DNA of 32,000 nucleotides, taken from Bacillus subtilis subsp. subtilis str. 168 (GTDB taxonomy: Bacteria > Bacillota > Bacilli > Bacillales > Bacillaceae). The translations under genes and the position numbers were made by a program. Within the stretch, counting starts at the first letter, position 1. Each line of letters starts with the position of its first letter. The notes beneath the pieces are model-generated. The model did not search any database and was not told the DNA's origin. It saw only the letters and a program-made list of their open reading frames with translations. Of this stretch, positions 1 to 8,307 are shown piece after piece. The stretch lies in contig NC_000964.3 of assembly GCF_000009045.1 (NCBI RefSeq), positions 2,730,001 to 2,762,000 on the forward strand. The letters are read 5' to 3'.

Positions 1-226
1 ATAAGTTGATGAGAGCTAGTGCTGTGACTTCGATTCCAAGTTTTTTCTCATCAACAATAGTCGTAAACTTTTTAATTATACCTGCTTCTACTAGGTTCTT
101 TGTTCTTGCAAGGCAAGCTGATGGTGAAAGCCCAATTTTCTTAGATAAATTTAAATTTGATATTGAAGCATCTTCCTGCAAATCTCTTAAGATGGCCTTA
201 TCAGTTTCGTCAAGCATAATACCCAT
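1..226 (-). CDS. azlB: AsnC/Lrp-family transcriptional regulator, N-terminal part (3' end lies outside the window)
   Basis: Minus-strand ATG at 226. It is absent from the ORF track because the gene leaves the window. Translation MGIMLDETDKAILRDLQEDASISNLNLSKKIGLSPSACLARTKNLVEAGIIKKFTTIVDEKKLGIEVTALALINL is a typical AsnC/Lrp winged-HTH N-terminus. Its position next to yrdF/cypA fits B. subtilis azlB. Confidence 0.8.
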   Translation of the reverse strand, partial: MGIMLDETDKAILRDLQEDASISNLNLSKKIGLSPSACLARTKNLVEAGIIKKFTTIVDEKKLGIEVTALALINL

Positions 227-279
227 TTCACAACCCCCAATACAACTTAACAGAATTATATTTCATACAATTTAAATAA

Positions 280-299
280 TAACGAATTTTTATTCGTTA
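280..299. promoter_or_regulatory. Inverted repeat TAACGAAT-N4-ATTCGTTA upstream of azlB (candidate operator)
   Basis: Perfect 8-bp arms read directly from the sequence, 54-73 bp upstream of the azlB start codon. Lrp-type repressors often autoregulate. Function is not demonstrated here. Confidence 0.25.
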
Positions 300-559
300 A
301 TCAAATATTATTTAAATTTAAATCCTTTTAAAGTATTATTCACAGAATAAAATTATCCTCGCGATTAACTCATAATGAAATTAACTTACATCAGAAAGAA
401 GTCATGGGAGAGTTATGTACTTGTGTGACTTGATACCAACATCATAAGAAACTTATCAGAAGCCAAAAAGTTATTGCGGTCTCACCGAAAATTGAATTTG
501 CGGTGCCCTATTGCCTTTTTCCGCGAACGAAAATTGTTAAAATTCGCAAAACAGAAAGT

Positions 560-835
560 CTACTCTATTATTATTTTAAATTCGTCCTTTAGTTCTTCTT
601 GAGCCTCTTGTATAACTTCTAATACATCGTCAGCGTATGAACCTAAAAATGTATTGCTGAACTCAAAATTTTTCAAGACTAAAGTGAGCGGCAAATCCAC
701 CCACCCTGTCAGGCAATCCCATAAAGCGTCTAAATTTCTCCCATAGTAGTCTGGGAAGTCTAGTTTATCTTTTAAATCATCATGTAAAACTTCTATATTT
801 TCAAAGTCTCTTCCATCTATTATTATTTTTCTCAT
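560..835 (-). CDS. yrdF: Barstar-like ribonuclease inhibitor (91 aa)
   Basis: ORF MRKIIIDGRDFENIEVLHDDLKDKLDFPDYYGRNLDALWDCLTGW... carries the barstar-family core (FPxYYGxNLDALWDCLTG). GGAGGG lies upstream of the ATG. Confidence 0.85.
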   Translation of the reverse strand: MRKIIIDGRDFENIEVLHDDLKDKLDFPDYYGRNLDALWDCLTGWVDLPLTLVLKNFEFSNTFLGSYADDVLEVIQEAQEELKDEFKIIIE

Positions 836-916
836 TAGAAACTATGCCCTCCATTATTTTATCTTAACAAACGTTTACTATGTAACAGCTGTTTGTCCAA
901 ATGAGGCTGAAAACAA

Positions 917-951
917 ATAAAAAACACCGATAGGATGAAACTATTGGTGTT
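917..951 (-). terminator. Rho-independent terminator downstream of cypA
   Basis: Stem ACACCGATAG / CTATTGGTGT with a 7-nt loop. On the minus strand it is followed by a T-run (the A-run at 917-923 on plus). Confidence 0.6.
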
Positions 952-1106
952 TGCAAGACATCTTCATACCCGGTAGGCATAAATAATGCTAAACTTTGTT
1001 TTTAAAAAGCTATCATATCAAATTTTTATGTTACAGCTTTTACTATCGTTTAATCTAATTGAGGAGTAAAACAAGATATGTTTGAAAATCACATATCCCC
1101 TAAAAA

Positions 1107-2339
1107 TTAAAAACTAATCGGCAGTTCTTCGAGTGCTCTCATCAGAAAATTCCCTTTCCATTTCATTTGTTTCTTTTCGCCTTTTAACTGTATATTTGGA
1201 CAGCGGCGTAATAAGGTGGAAATCGCAATCTTTGCTTCTAAGCGGGCTAGCTGTGCACCAAGACAAAAATGATTGCCATGGCCAAAAGCAATATGGCGGT
1301 TGTTCTTTCTTTCAATATCAAATATGTCGGCATTTGGAAATATCTTTTCATCACGGTTTGCTGATGCTAAAGAAATGATGATCACATCTTTCCGTTTAAT
1401 CTCCTGCCCATGCAGTATAAACGGTTCAGCCGTCCAGCGAATTGTCGTTAGCTCAACAGGGCTGTGAAACCGCAATGCTTCTTCTATGGCTGAATTCATC
1501 AAGTCCGGCTGCTGGCGGAGCTTTTCTAGTTGATCATGGTGACACATCAGAGCATATGTCATATTGGTGATTAAGTTTACGGTTGTTTCATGACCTGCAA
1601 CGATAAGCAGCATAATCATCGAGTACAATTCTTCTGTACTTAATTGTGTGCCTTCACTTTCCGCTTGAATTAATGCACTGATTAAATCTCCTGCAGGTTC
1701 TCTCCTTTTTTTGCGAACTAAGGATTCCAGATATTCAACAAACTCCCCTAACAAGTGGTCATTCTCCTGAAGTCTTTCAGGGGCATCTGAAAAATCAATA
1801 ATTGCTTGCGACCATACTCTGAATTTTTGACGATCTTCCAAGGGAATGCCGAGCATTTCACTTATCACGATAATCGGCAATGGAAACGCATAATCGTCTA
1901 CTAGGTTCATGAATTTGTTGGGCTGCACTTTATCCAATAAAGAATCTGCGATATGCTGGATTTTGTCTTCCAACTGCAAAATCATCCGATGCGTAAATGC
2001 TTTTTGAACAAGAGTTCGCAAGCGGTTGTGATCAGGGGGATCTGAATTAAGCATATGTTTTGTTAAAGTCTCTTCATTCTTCAATAGAGCAGGACGTTTT
2101 TCTTTTGCGGTAAATACATTTTCATAGTTTTTCTTTAATTTTTCATTCTTTAATAAATGTATTGCATCATCATATCTCGATATGAGCCAGCCTTTCCCCA
2201 GAGCTCCTAAAGATAATGGGTAGAGAGCCTGTGATTTTCGCAATTCTTTATAAAATTCATACGCTTCATCTTTAAATGCTCTCGAAGACAATTGACTTTC
2301 CGTCAAAATGGTTACACTCTTTTTTTCTTTTGAAGACAT
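1107..2339 (-). CDS. cypA: Cytochrome P450 (410 aa)
   Basis: Heme-ligand signature FGHGNHFCLGAQLAR, I-helix AGHETT and ExxR (EEALR). GGAGG lies 8 nt upstream of the ATG. Confidence 0.9.
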   Translation of the reverse strand: MSSKEKKSVTILTESQLSSRAFKDEAYEFYKELRKSQALYPLSLGALGKGWLISRYDDAIHLLKNEKLKKNYENVFTAKEKRPALLKNEETLTKHMLNSDPPDHNRLRTLVQKAFTHRMILQLEDKIQHIADSLLDKVQPNKFMNLVDDYAFPLPIIVISEMLGIPLEDRQKFRVWSQAIIDFSDAPERLQENDHLLGEFVEYLESLVRKKRREPAGDLISALIQAESEGTQLSTEELYSMIMLLIVAGHETTVNLITNMTYALMCHHDQLEKLRQQPDLMNSAIEEALRFHSPVELTTIRWTAEPFILHGQEIKRKDVIIISLASANRDEKIFPNADIFDIERKNNRHIAFGHGNHFCLGAQLARLEAKIAISTLLRRCPNIQLKGEKKQMKWKGNFLMRALEELPISF

Positions 2340-2388
2340 TCATTCGACCTCCATCTTTGAAAGGTTATGATAATCTTTAAATATAAAA

Positions 2389-2881
2389 TCAGGACGATTT
2401 GTAAAATGATCCATTGAGATCAGTATTCATGATAAGGGCCAAAATGCCGTCCCCGCATTTTGAAATAAAAGATATGAGACAGTCATTAATCATTTTGCTG
2501 CCTAAACTCTTTCCCTGATAAAATGGCGAAACTCCTAATACTTCTATGCCGGCTCTTTTAAGGATTTGGAAAATTTTTTAGCCCCATTTTGATTAATGTT
2601 ATCCCCCCTGCTGCTATATAATCGATCAAGTTTAATGTCGGGTTTATCACGATGTTTTAATAGAGCGGCAACAACCATTTCACCATTCTGAATGCCAACA
2701 AAAAAGAAATGCTTTTTAAAATATGCTCTTGTCAGTACTTTATGCATTTCAAAAATAAATGAATGATCTTTTTTTCGCGTTTTACGAGTAAATCCATAAA
2801 AGGATATTGATTGAAAGATTGATGGAATAGCTTTGCCACTTTGCTTACTTCATCTGCTCTTGCTTGTCGATAAAGAAACAT
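2389..2881 (-). pseudogene. GNAT-family N-acetyltransferase disrupted by at least two frameshifts
   Basis: Three minus-strand reading-frame pieces fit together. Piece 1: MFLYRQARADEVSKVAKLFHQSFNQYPFMDLLVKREKK.., stopping after an A7 run. Piece 2: the track ORF 2544-2747, MHKVLTRAYFKKHFFFVGIQNGEMVVAALLKHRDKPDIKLDRLY... Piece 3: a C-terminal piece in another frame, IEVLGVSPFYQGKSLGSKMINDCLISFISKCGDGILALIMNTDLNGSFYKSS*, which is the GNAT acetyl-CoA motif A (V..Y.G.G.G..L). Confidence 0.6.
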
Positions 2882-2919
2882 TGATGCACCTCCTCTGAGC
2901 AGTAAAGCAGGAAATCGAA

Positions 2920-2948
2920 TTAAAGCGCCCTTCCTATTGGAAAGGCGC
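2920..2948 (-). terminator. Terminator downstream of yrdC
   Basis: Minus-strand hairpin GCGCCTTTCC-AATA-GGAAGGGCGC followed by TTTAATT. Confidence 0.55.
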
Positions 2949-2979
2949 CTGCCGTTTTACTGTGCCAAAATGTTTTTCA

Positions 2980-3543
2980 TCAGTGAGTTTTTATAAAATC
3001 ATTTATTAATTGATCAGTTGTCAATATTGTGGCAAATTCATCATGCAATGTAGCTAGAGATATATTATGAATAGTCGCCGCATCATAATATGTATCATTT
3101 TGGTCTCTCATTCCGAAGGCTGCTGTTGCATCTGAAATCAGGTATGTATCAAACCCTAAATTACCACTCATTCTTGTGGTGGTTGATACACAGTGAGGCG
3201 TGGTTAAACCAGTTATGACTACAGTGGTTATTTCATTTAATTTTAAGAATTCTTCTAAATTCGTACCAATAAAGCTGCTATTTACTGTCTTGGTTATAAT
3301 GACTTCTTCATCCATAGGCTTAACTATTTCCTTTATTGCAAACCCTTCATTCTTTGGATGGAATAAAGAATGAGGTTTATCAGAAGTGTGTTGTATGTAT
3401 ATGACTGTCCATCCTTTTTCTCTCCATAATTCTAGTATTTTACTAATGTTTTCTTCCGCCTTTACGTTATTCCGTTCCCCCCATTTTTTATCATCGAAGG
3501 CTTTTTGTACATCCACAATGATTAAAGCTTTCTTTTCTTCCAC
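2980..3543 (-). CDS. yrdC: Isochorismatase-like cysteine hydrolase (187 aa, GTG start)
   Basis: N-terminal ALIIVDVQ (catalytic Asp) and ITGLTTPHCVSTT (catalytic Cys) are typical of the isochorismatase/nicotinamidase fold. GGAGGG lies 7 nt upstream of the GTG at 3543. Confidence 0.85.
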   Translation of the reverse strand: MEEKKALIIVDVQKAFDDKKWGERNNVKAEENISKILELWREKGWTVIYIQHTSDKPHSLFHPKNEGFAIKEIVKPMDEEVIITKTVNSSFIGTNLEEFLKLNEITTVVITGLTTPHCVSTTTRMSGNLGFDTYLISDATAAFGMRDQNDTYYDAATIHNISLATLHDEFATILTTDQLINDFIKTH

Positions 3544-3771
3544 AAGATACCCTCCTACGTAGAATTTCTATTTATTACTACATTCTAAATACAAATTTTA
3601 CTTTTGTACAATTGTTTAATGATGAATTTCAAATGAGCGCCTTCTTTATTGGAAAATGCGTTCTATACTGCAACTGTGCCCAAGCCGTTAACCTTCAAAT
3701 CTAATCTGAGAATCACTGGCTCTACAGAGAATAATAAAAAACACTCTAATAACGAGTGCTGAAATGAAAAA

Positions 3772-4161
3772 CTATTGATTTAGAAGCCATTTGATACGCT
3801 CAGCTGAAATGATGTAGTGGAGTATTATAAGACATAAAAAGACAATACTAACTGGTTTTAAATAACTAAAATAAAGCGCTGCAACAGCCATTGCAAAGAT
3901 CAATAATTCAATAACTAACCTTGTTACTCCGTTTACAGCTATTACAGTTTGTCCGCTTCGACTAGGATCATGAGGTACTGCAAATACAGACCAGACAATC
4001 ATAACTGCAATAGGTAAAACCAAAGTTAAAACATATTTAAAATAACCATTAAAGCTTATCCAAGCATACACCCCTAAGGAGATTAGTGCAGCAATTTCAA
4101 GGGTGAATCTTAAAAGTAAATTAGTCTGATTCAGTTTTTCCAACTCCTCTATAAAAAACAC
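3772..4161 (-). CDS. yrdB: Small integral membrane protein (four predicted TM helices, DUF2568/YrdB-like)
   Basis: The ORF is hydrophobic throughout (LRFTLEIAALISLGVYAW..., VLPIAVMIVWSVFAVP...). The start is uncertain (GTG at 4161 or TTG about 18 nt downstream) because no well-spaced RBS is visible. Confidence 0.7.
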   Translation of the reverse strand: MFFIEELEKLNQTNLLLRFTLEIAALISLGVYAWISFNGYFKYVLTLVLPIAVMIVWSVFAVPHDPSRSGQTVIAVNGVTRLVIELLIFAMAVAALYFSYLKPVSIVFLCLIILHYIISAERIKWLLNQ

Positions 4162-4188
4162 CCCCGCAGGAGATGCTCTTTCTCTGCT

Positions 4189-4343
4189 TTATTTCAGCGT
4201 ATAAAAACTTTTCTGTTCTTCCTCTTTAGATTCTATTGTAGTTTTCGGCGAGATTACCTCTACTTTTGAAGAGATGATACCGACTGCTGCTGTTACCAAT
4301 GCTCCGATAATAGAACGATGATAAGTATAATGAAATATGACAA
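4189..4343 (-). pseudogene. Possible frameshifted small single-TM protein gene
   Basis: GGAGGGG RBS (4350-4356) is followed 6 nt later by TTG at 4343, giving MSYFIILIIVLLSEHW*. A second frame continues ..IIGALVTAAVGIISSKVEVISPKTTIESKEEEQKSFYTLK* to the stop at 4189-4191. Joined, the two would form one coherent TM helix plus a charged tail. Confidence 0.3.
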
Positions 4344-4560
4344 CTTTTCCCCTCCTATTCAGTTAATTATCCAAATAATCAGGAAGTTGTCTACAATTTG
4401 CAGAATTTGTCGAACGAAGTAAAGATTATACCTGGGAGGCTTTACTCATTGTATGAATTACAGTAAATAAATTGCCTTCCCTTTTGAGAAGACGTTCCAA
4501 CTCAGCTAGACTCTTCCAATAGGCTTCCTTTTGGCGCAGCTGCTTTTATTCAAAAATTGA

Positions 4561-4725
4561 GCAACACCTGAATGTTTCATTGGAATTTCTGAACCATCGA
4601 TCGCTGCTGAATTTGTTGCAAATGCATACGTAGGAGTAGTCGAATGGTGGTTGAAAAATGAAATGCCTTCCCCACCTCGAGTGATGGCAGAAAAAGCGGG
4701 GGTTTTGTTAGAGAGGAATCTATAG
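4561..4725 (+). pseudogene. Remnant of a TetR/AcrR-family regulator (C-terminal domain only)
   Basis: Plus-strand frame reads ATPECFIGISEPSIAAEFVANAYVGVVEWWLKNEMPSPPRVMAEKAGVLLERNL*. This resembles the last helices of DhaS-like TetR regulators (..GVxxWWLxNxMxxSPExMA..). It is preceded by in-frame stops, and no HTH region was found upstream. Confidence 0.4.
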
Positions 4726-4952
4726 ATATGTGTATCGAAGATTTGACAGCATTAAAAATTATACTTACATCGTTGGGAACAGGCCAACAATAAAGCGGAA
4801 GAACGTTGTCATTTGAAGTGGTTTGGAATAAAAATGATTCGAATATGTTCTTATCATTGTAAACGAACAAAAAAAGAACATGTTTTGAAAAAAGATTGAT
4901 CAAAACATCTTCTTATATGTTGTCATAGCGTAACTTTTTATAAAAAGGTTAA

Positions 4953-5456
4953 TTACATTTTCGGGGCTTCCAAACCAAATTTTGCCCATTCTTCTTTTGC
5001 TGGACCATAAATACCTGGAACAGTTAAACCTGCTTGTCTCATAAGAACAGTCATTTGTCCCCGATGGTGGTTTTGATGTTGAATTAAAAACATCAAAAGT
5101 GAACCGTTAGGCATTTGTTGTCCAATAAAGTTGATACGTTCTTGAAGTGTATGGTCAGTCCATTGGGTTTTTAATGCCTGTACAAATGCATTACTGGCTT
5201 GATGATAGCTGTCAGCTATAAACTGAGCAGAAGTTGGAACAGGATAATCTTCAGCTGGGGCTTGGAACGTTAAGTCTGTGTTTGAGGTAATGATGCCAAT
5301 GGCAGCAACAGTATGCCAAGCAATACGGCCTAGAGTCCAATTTTGTGAAGTTATTTCTTGTTTAAGTGATTCATCAGTCAGACTATTTAATAGTTTCTGT
5401 GTAGCATCTGCTTCGAACTCCCAAGATTTCAAAAAATGGTCTAAGGTTTGAAACAC
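4953..5456 (-). CDS. yrdA: DinB-family protein (metal-dependent four-helix bundle), 167 aa from GTG
   Basis: DinB-type His residues (WTLGRIAWH..., LIQHQNHHRGQMTVLMRQAG). The track ATG at 5474 lies inside AAAGGAGG. The GTG at 5456 sits 7 nt after that RBS, so I shortened the start. Confidence 0.85.
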   Translation of the reverse strand: MFQTLDHFLKSWEFEADATQKLLNSLTDESLKQEITSQNWTLGRIAWHTVAAIGIITSNTDLTFQAPAEDYPVPTSAQFIADSYHQASNAFVQALKTQWTDHTLQERINFIGQQMPNGSLLMFLIQHQNHHRGQMTVLMRQAGLTVPGIYGPAKEEWAKFGLEAPKM

Positions 5457-5681
5457 AAAAATCCTCCTTTTCATTCTTTTGTTTTTTCAATGTGCTTATA
5501 GGTTAATTATAATGCCTCCTTTCGTTAAAAAGAACAAAAATTTCGGACAAGAATAATCATAGTAAAATGCGTAGACATTCTTAAACGTAACGATTTACGC
5601 ATCTTTTTACAAACATCTGACTACTTGGTCTCCATTGTCAGCGAGAATCAAATATCATATGAAGACAATCCTATATTCTTA

Positions 5682-6536
5682 TCACTTTACTGAGCAATAA
5701 ATACCTTCCGTATACTTAGTAATACCTTCATCGTAATCAGGATACTTATATGCAAGACCTTCTGATACAGCTTTTGAATACTTTCTAAATAATGCATAGC
5801 AAGTAAATAAAGACTTCCACATTTCCTGATACCCATTCACAGAATATGTAGACATGAGTTCCTCCCATTCTTTATTTGAAAGGTACCGCTTCATAAATTT
5901 ATAGTTCTTCCCCATACTAAATGAATACCCTTTCTGAGATGCGATATGCCAGGCCATCATTCTCAATAAATTAGGACGTACAATTTCATTTAAATGGTCA
6001 ATGGCAAAAAGGATTTCATTTCTTGCTAGTCCTTTTACTACGTAAGTCGAAACCATCCAGAACTCATTACAGCAATCATCAAATTCCCTTGCAGTCGGCC
6101 TTTTTATCCAGTATTGGCGATCATTTGGGGTCACTTTATAGTTGATGAACGAATCCTTATCAAGCAATACCTTAACCAAACCATCGTTATTAGCAAAATA
6201 ATCTTCTGCTTCACGAATTGGAATAAGGGTTAGATCTAATTTGTTGCCATCCTCAAAAAGAATAATGTATGAAAACCAATTACCTAATTCGGGAGGAAAA
6301 AGCTCCATATCTTCTGGTTTTTGCATCATAATGCGCTTCCCAAAGATTTCGAGCCACTGATCATTTTCTTTAAAAGATTCTACATCAGTTACAAAATACG
6401 AGATGTCATAATCTTGGAAGTTGTCAGGAGGGATATTTCTGTTTGTACGTGACCCTTCCAAAGTGACCAATCGGATTCTCTCATCGTTCAAAGCAAAGTC
6501 CAAAAAAATGTCCATCATTTCCTGCTCACTTCGCAT
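5682..6536 (-). CDS. aadK: Aminoglycoside 6-adenylyltransferase (streptomycin nucleotidyltransferase), 284 aa
   Basis: Full-length match in character to the ANT(6)/AadK family (RLVTLEGSRTN..., FQDYDISYFV, LFEDGNKLDLTL). GGAGG lies 8 nt upstream of the ATG. Confidence 0.9.
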   Translation of the reverse strand: MRSEQEMMDIFLDFALNDERIRLVTLEGSRTNRNIPPDNFQDYDISYFVTDVESFKENDQWLEIFGKRIMMQKPEDMELFPPELGNWFSYIILFEDGNKLDLTLIPIREAEDYFANNDGLVKVLLDKDSFINYKVTPNDRQYWIKRPTAREFDDCCNEFWMVSTYVVKGLARNEILFAIDHLNEIVRPNLLRMMAWHIASQKGYSFSMGKNYKFMKRYLSNKEWEELMSTYSVNGYQEMWKSLFTCYALFRKYSKAVSEGLAYKYPDYDEGITKYTEGIYCSVK

Positions 6537-6809
6537 TACATGTTCCTCCGTTTCAGCCTTAATATCTAACTGTAAAACGTCTTATAGATTTTTTTACTCT
6601 TGAATGTGATGTATTCTTCTAAGCTTTATTTTACATGATGTTCTCCTATATATCATTCAATATTAAGATGCAAGACATCTCAAAATCAGATATCAACTAT
6701 GACGGACTACATGAATATTCAGTTTTTTGTAGAGCCGCCATGGGACGACACTATCTTTGACACACTTTAATCCCCCCTGCTTTATCGACATGTTAACTGG
6801 TATGAGAGA

Positions 6810-6838
6810 TTGACAAAAAGAAGGAAAACGATATATTT
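6810..6838 (+). promoter_or_regulatory. Putative sigma-A promoter of yrpB
   Basis: TTGACA (6810-6815), then a 16-17 nt spacer, then TATATT, about 75 nt upstream of the yrpB ATG. Sequence match only. Confidence 0.35.
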
Positions 6839-6914
6839 AAGCGAATACGAGTTTTTGAGTAAATTTTAAAATGACACTTTTTTCAAAAATCATGTCTTAA
6901 CGGGAGGATTCGGT

Positions 6915-7958
6915 ATGAATGAATTTATGAAAAAGTTTTCTTTAACAAAACCGATTATTCAAGCTCCAATGGCTGGCGGTATTACAAAGCCCCGACTTGC
7001 ATCTGCAGTTTCGAATCAAGGTGCTCTTGGCAGCTTAGCATCGGGGTATCTTACGCCAGACCTCCTAGAACAACAAATAAAAGAAATATTTGAGCTGACA
7101 GACGCTCCTTTTCAAATTAATGTGTTTGTTCCGCTAGGTCTAGAGATGCCACCAAAAGATCAGATTAAAAAGTGGAAAGAAAACATACCGTTAGCTAATC
7201 AAGTAAATCAATTCACATCTGTACAAGAAGAGTGGGATGACTTCTATCAAAAAATTGATCTAATTTTAAAATACAAGGTTAAGGCTTGCTCATTCACTTT
7301 TGATCTGCCGCCTGAAGACGCAGTAAAGGAGCTAAAAACCGCTGGATGCTGTTTAATAGGAACCGCTTCAACAGTAGAAGAAGCATTGTTAATGGAAGAA
7401 CGGGGAATGGATATAGTAGTCCTTCAAGGAAGTGAAGCCGGTGGACATCGCGGAGCATTCTTACCTTCCAAAGGTGAATCTGCCGTAGGTTTAATGGCTC
7501 TGATTCCACAAGCAGCAGATGCACTGAGCGTACCTGTCATAGCTGCTGGGGGAATGATAGACCACAGAGGAGTAAAAGCAGCTTTAACCCTCGGAGCCCA
7601 AGGCGTTCAAATCGGTTCTGCCTTTTTAATTTGTCACGAGAGTAACGCACATCCAGTGCATAAACAGAAAATACTAGAAGCAAACGAAGCAGATACAAAG
7701 CTTACGACATTATTTTCAGGTAAAGAGGCCAGAGGAATCGTAAATAAATGGATGGAAGAAAATGAACAGTTTGAGACACAAACCCTTCCGTACCCTTATC
7801 AAAATACACTAACGAAGGCAATGAGACAGAAGGCTTCACTTCAAAATAACCATGATCAGATGTCTTTATGGGCAGGTCAAGGGATACGGTCATTGACTGA
7901 GGAAATTTCGGTTAAGCAGCTTTTAAATCAGCTTTGCCAAGAGGATATAAAAATATAG
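6915..7958 (+). CDS. yrpB: Nitronate monooxygenase / 2-nitropropane dioxygenase-family FMN enzyme (347 aa)
   Basis: NMO-family motifs (PIIQAPMAGG, LQGSEAGGHRG, VIAAGGM..GR, GAQGVQIGSAF). GGAGG RBS. Confidence 0.9.
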   Translation: MNEFMKKFSLTKPIIQAPMAGGITKPRLASAVSNQGALGSLASGYLTPDLLEQQIKEIFELTDAPFQINVFVPLGLEMPPKDQIKKWKENIPLANQVNQFTSVQEEWDDFYQKIDLILKYKVKACSFTFDLPPEDAVKELKTAGCCLIGTASTVEEALLMEERGMDIVVLQGSEAGGHRGAFLPSKGESAVGLMALIPQAADALSVPVIAAGGMIDHRGVKAALTLGAQGVQIGSAFLICHESNAHPVHKQKILEANEADTKLTTLFSGKEARGIVNKWMEENEQFETQTLPYPYQNTLTKAMRQKASLQNNHDQMSLWAGQGIRSLTEEISVKQLLNQLCQEDIKI

Positions 7959-7979
7959 GCGCACCTCATTGATAGAGCA

Positions 7980-8015
7980 AAAAGCAAACTTTGACAGGCA
8001 GTTTGCTTTTTTTTT
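7980..8015 (+). terminator. Rho-independent terminator after yrpB
   Basis: AAAAGCAAACT / AGTTTGCTTTT stem with a 9-nt loop and a long T-run. Confidence 0.8.
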
Positions 8016-8307
8016 CGTAATTTCATCCACTGACTCTGGAAATCTAAATACTCCTACATTTTCAAAGCTAATTTGAATCGGGTTATCAATCATCACATTG
8101 ATACGATGCGATCTTGATAATTTCACCACAACCACAATACATTACCAACATTTCGATCTTATCTCCCCTTCTCAAGTTTTGCTCCCTATTCGAATAATCG
8201 ATAGCTCCCATATTAAATTTGAATAGTAAAATGGTTCTTTTTCGTTTGATTCAGATGATATAAAGTCATATGATAAAAAAAGAATGAGACAGAAAGCGTG
8301 AGAAGTG

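Noticed and set aside
6-275. 89-aa plus-strand ORF at the window start
   Set aside because: It is antisense to a clearly recognisable AsnC/Lrp N-terminus (azlB) on the minus strand. It has no RBS and its composition is low-complexity Ser/Ile-rich.
4577-4903. 108-aa minus-strand ORF
   Set aside because: It has no RBS, its sequence is non-protein-like, and it overlaps the TetR-like remnant on the opposite strand.
7923-8151. 70-aa minus-strand ORF plus a 21-aa Cys-rich mini-ORF (MLVMYCGCGEIIKIASYQCDD*, 8086-8151) between yrpB and yrpC
   Set aside because: The 70-aa ORF reads through the yrpB terminator hairpin and into the yrpB 3' end. The mini-ORF has a GGGGAG 11 nt upstream but is very short with no recognisable family. 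It may be another gene relic, but this is not supportable.
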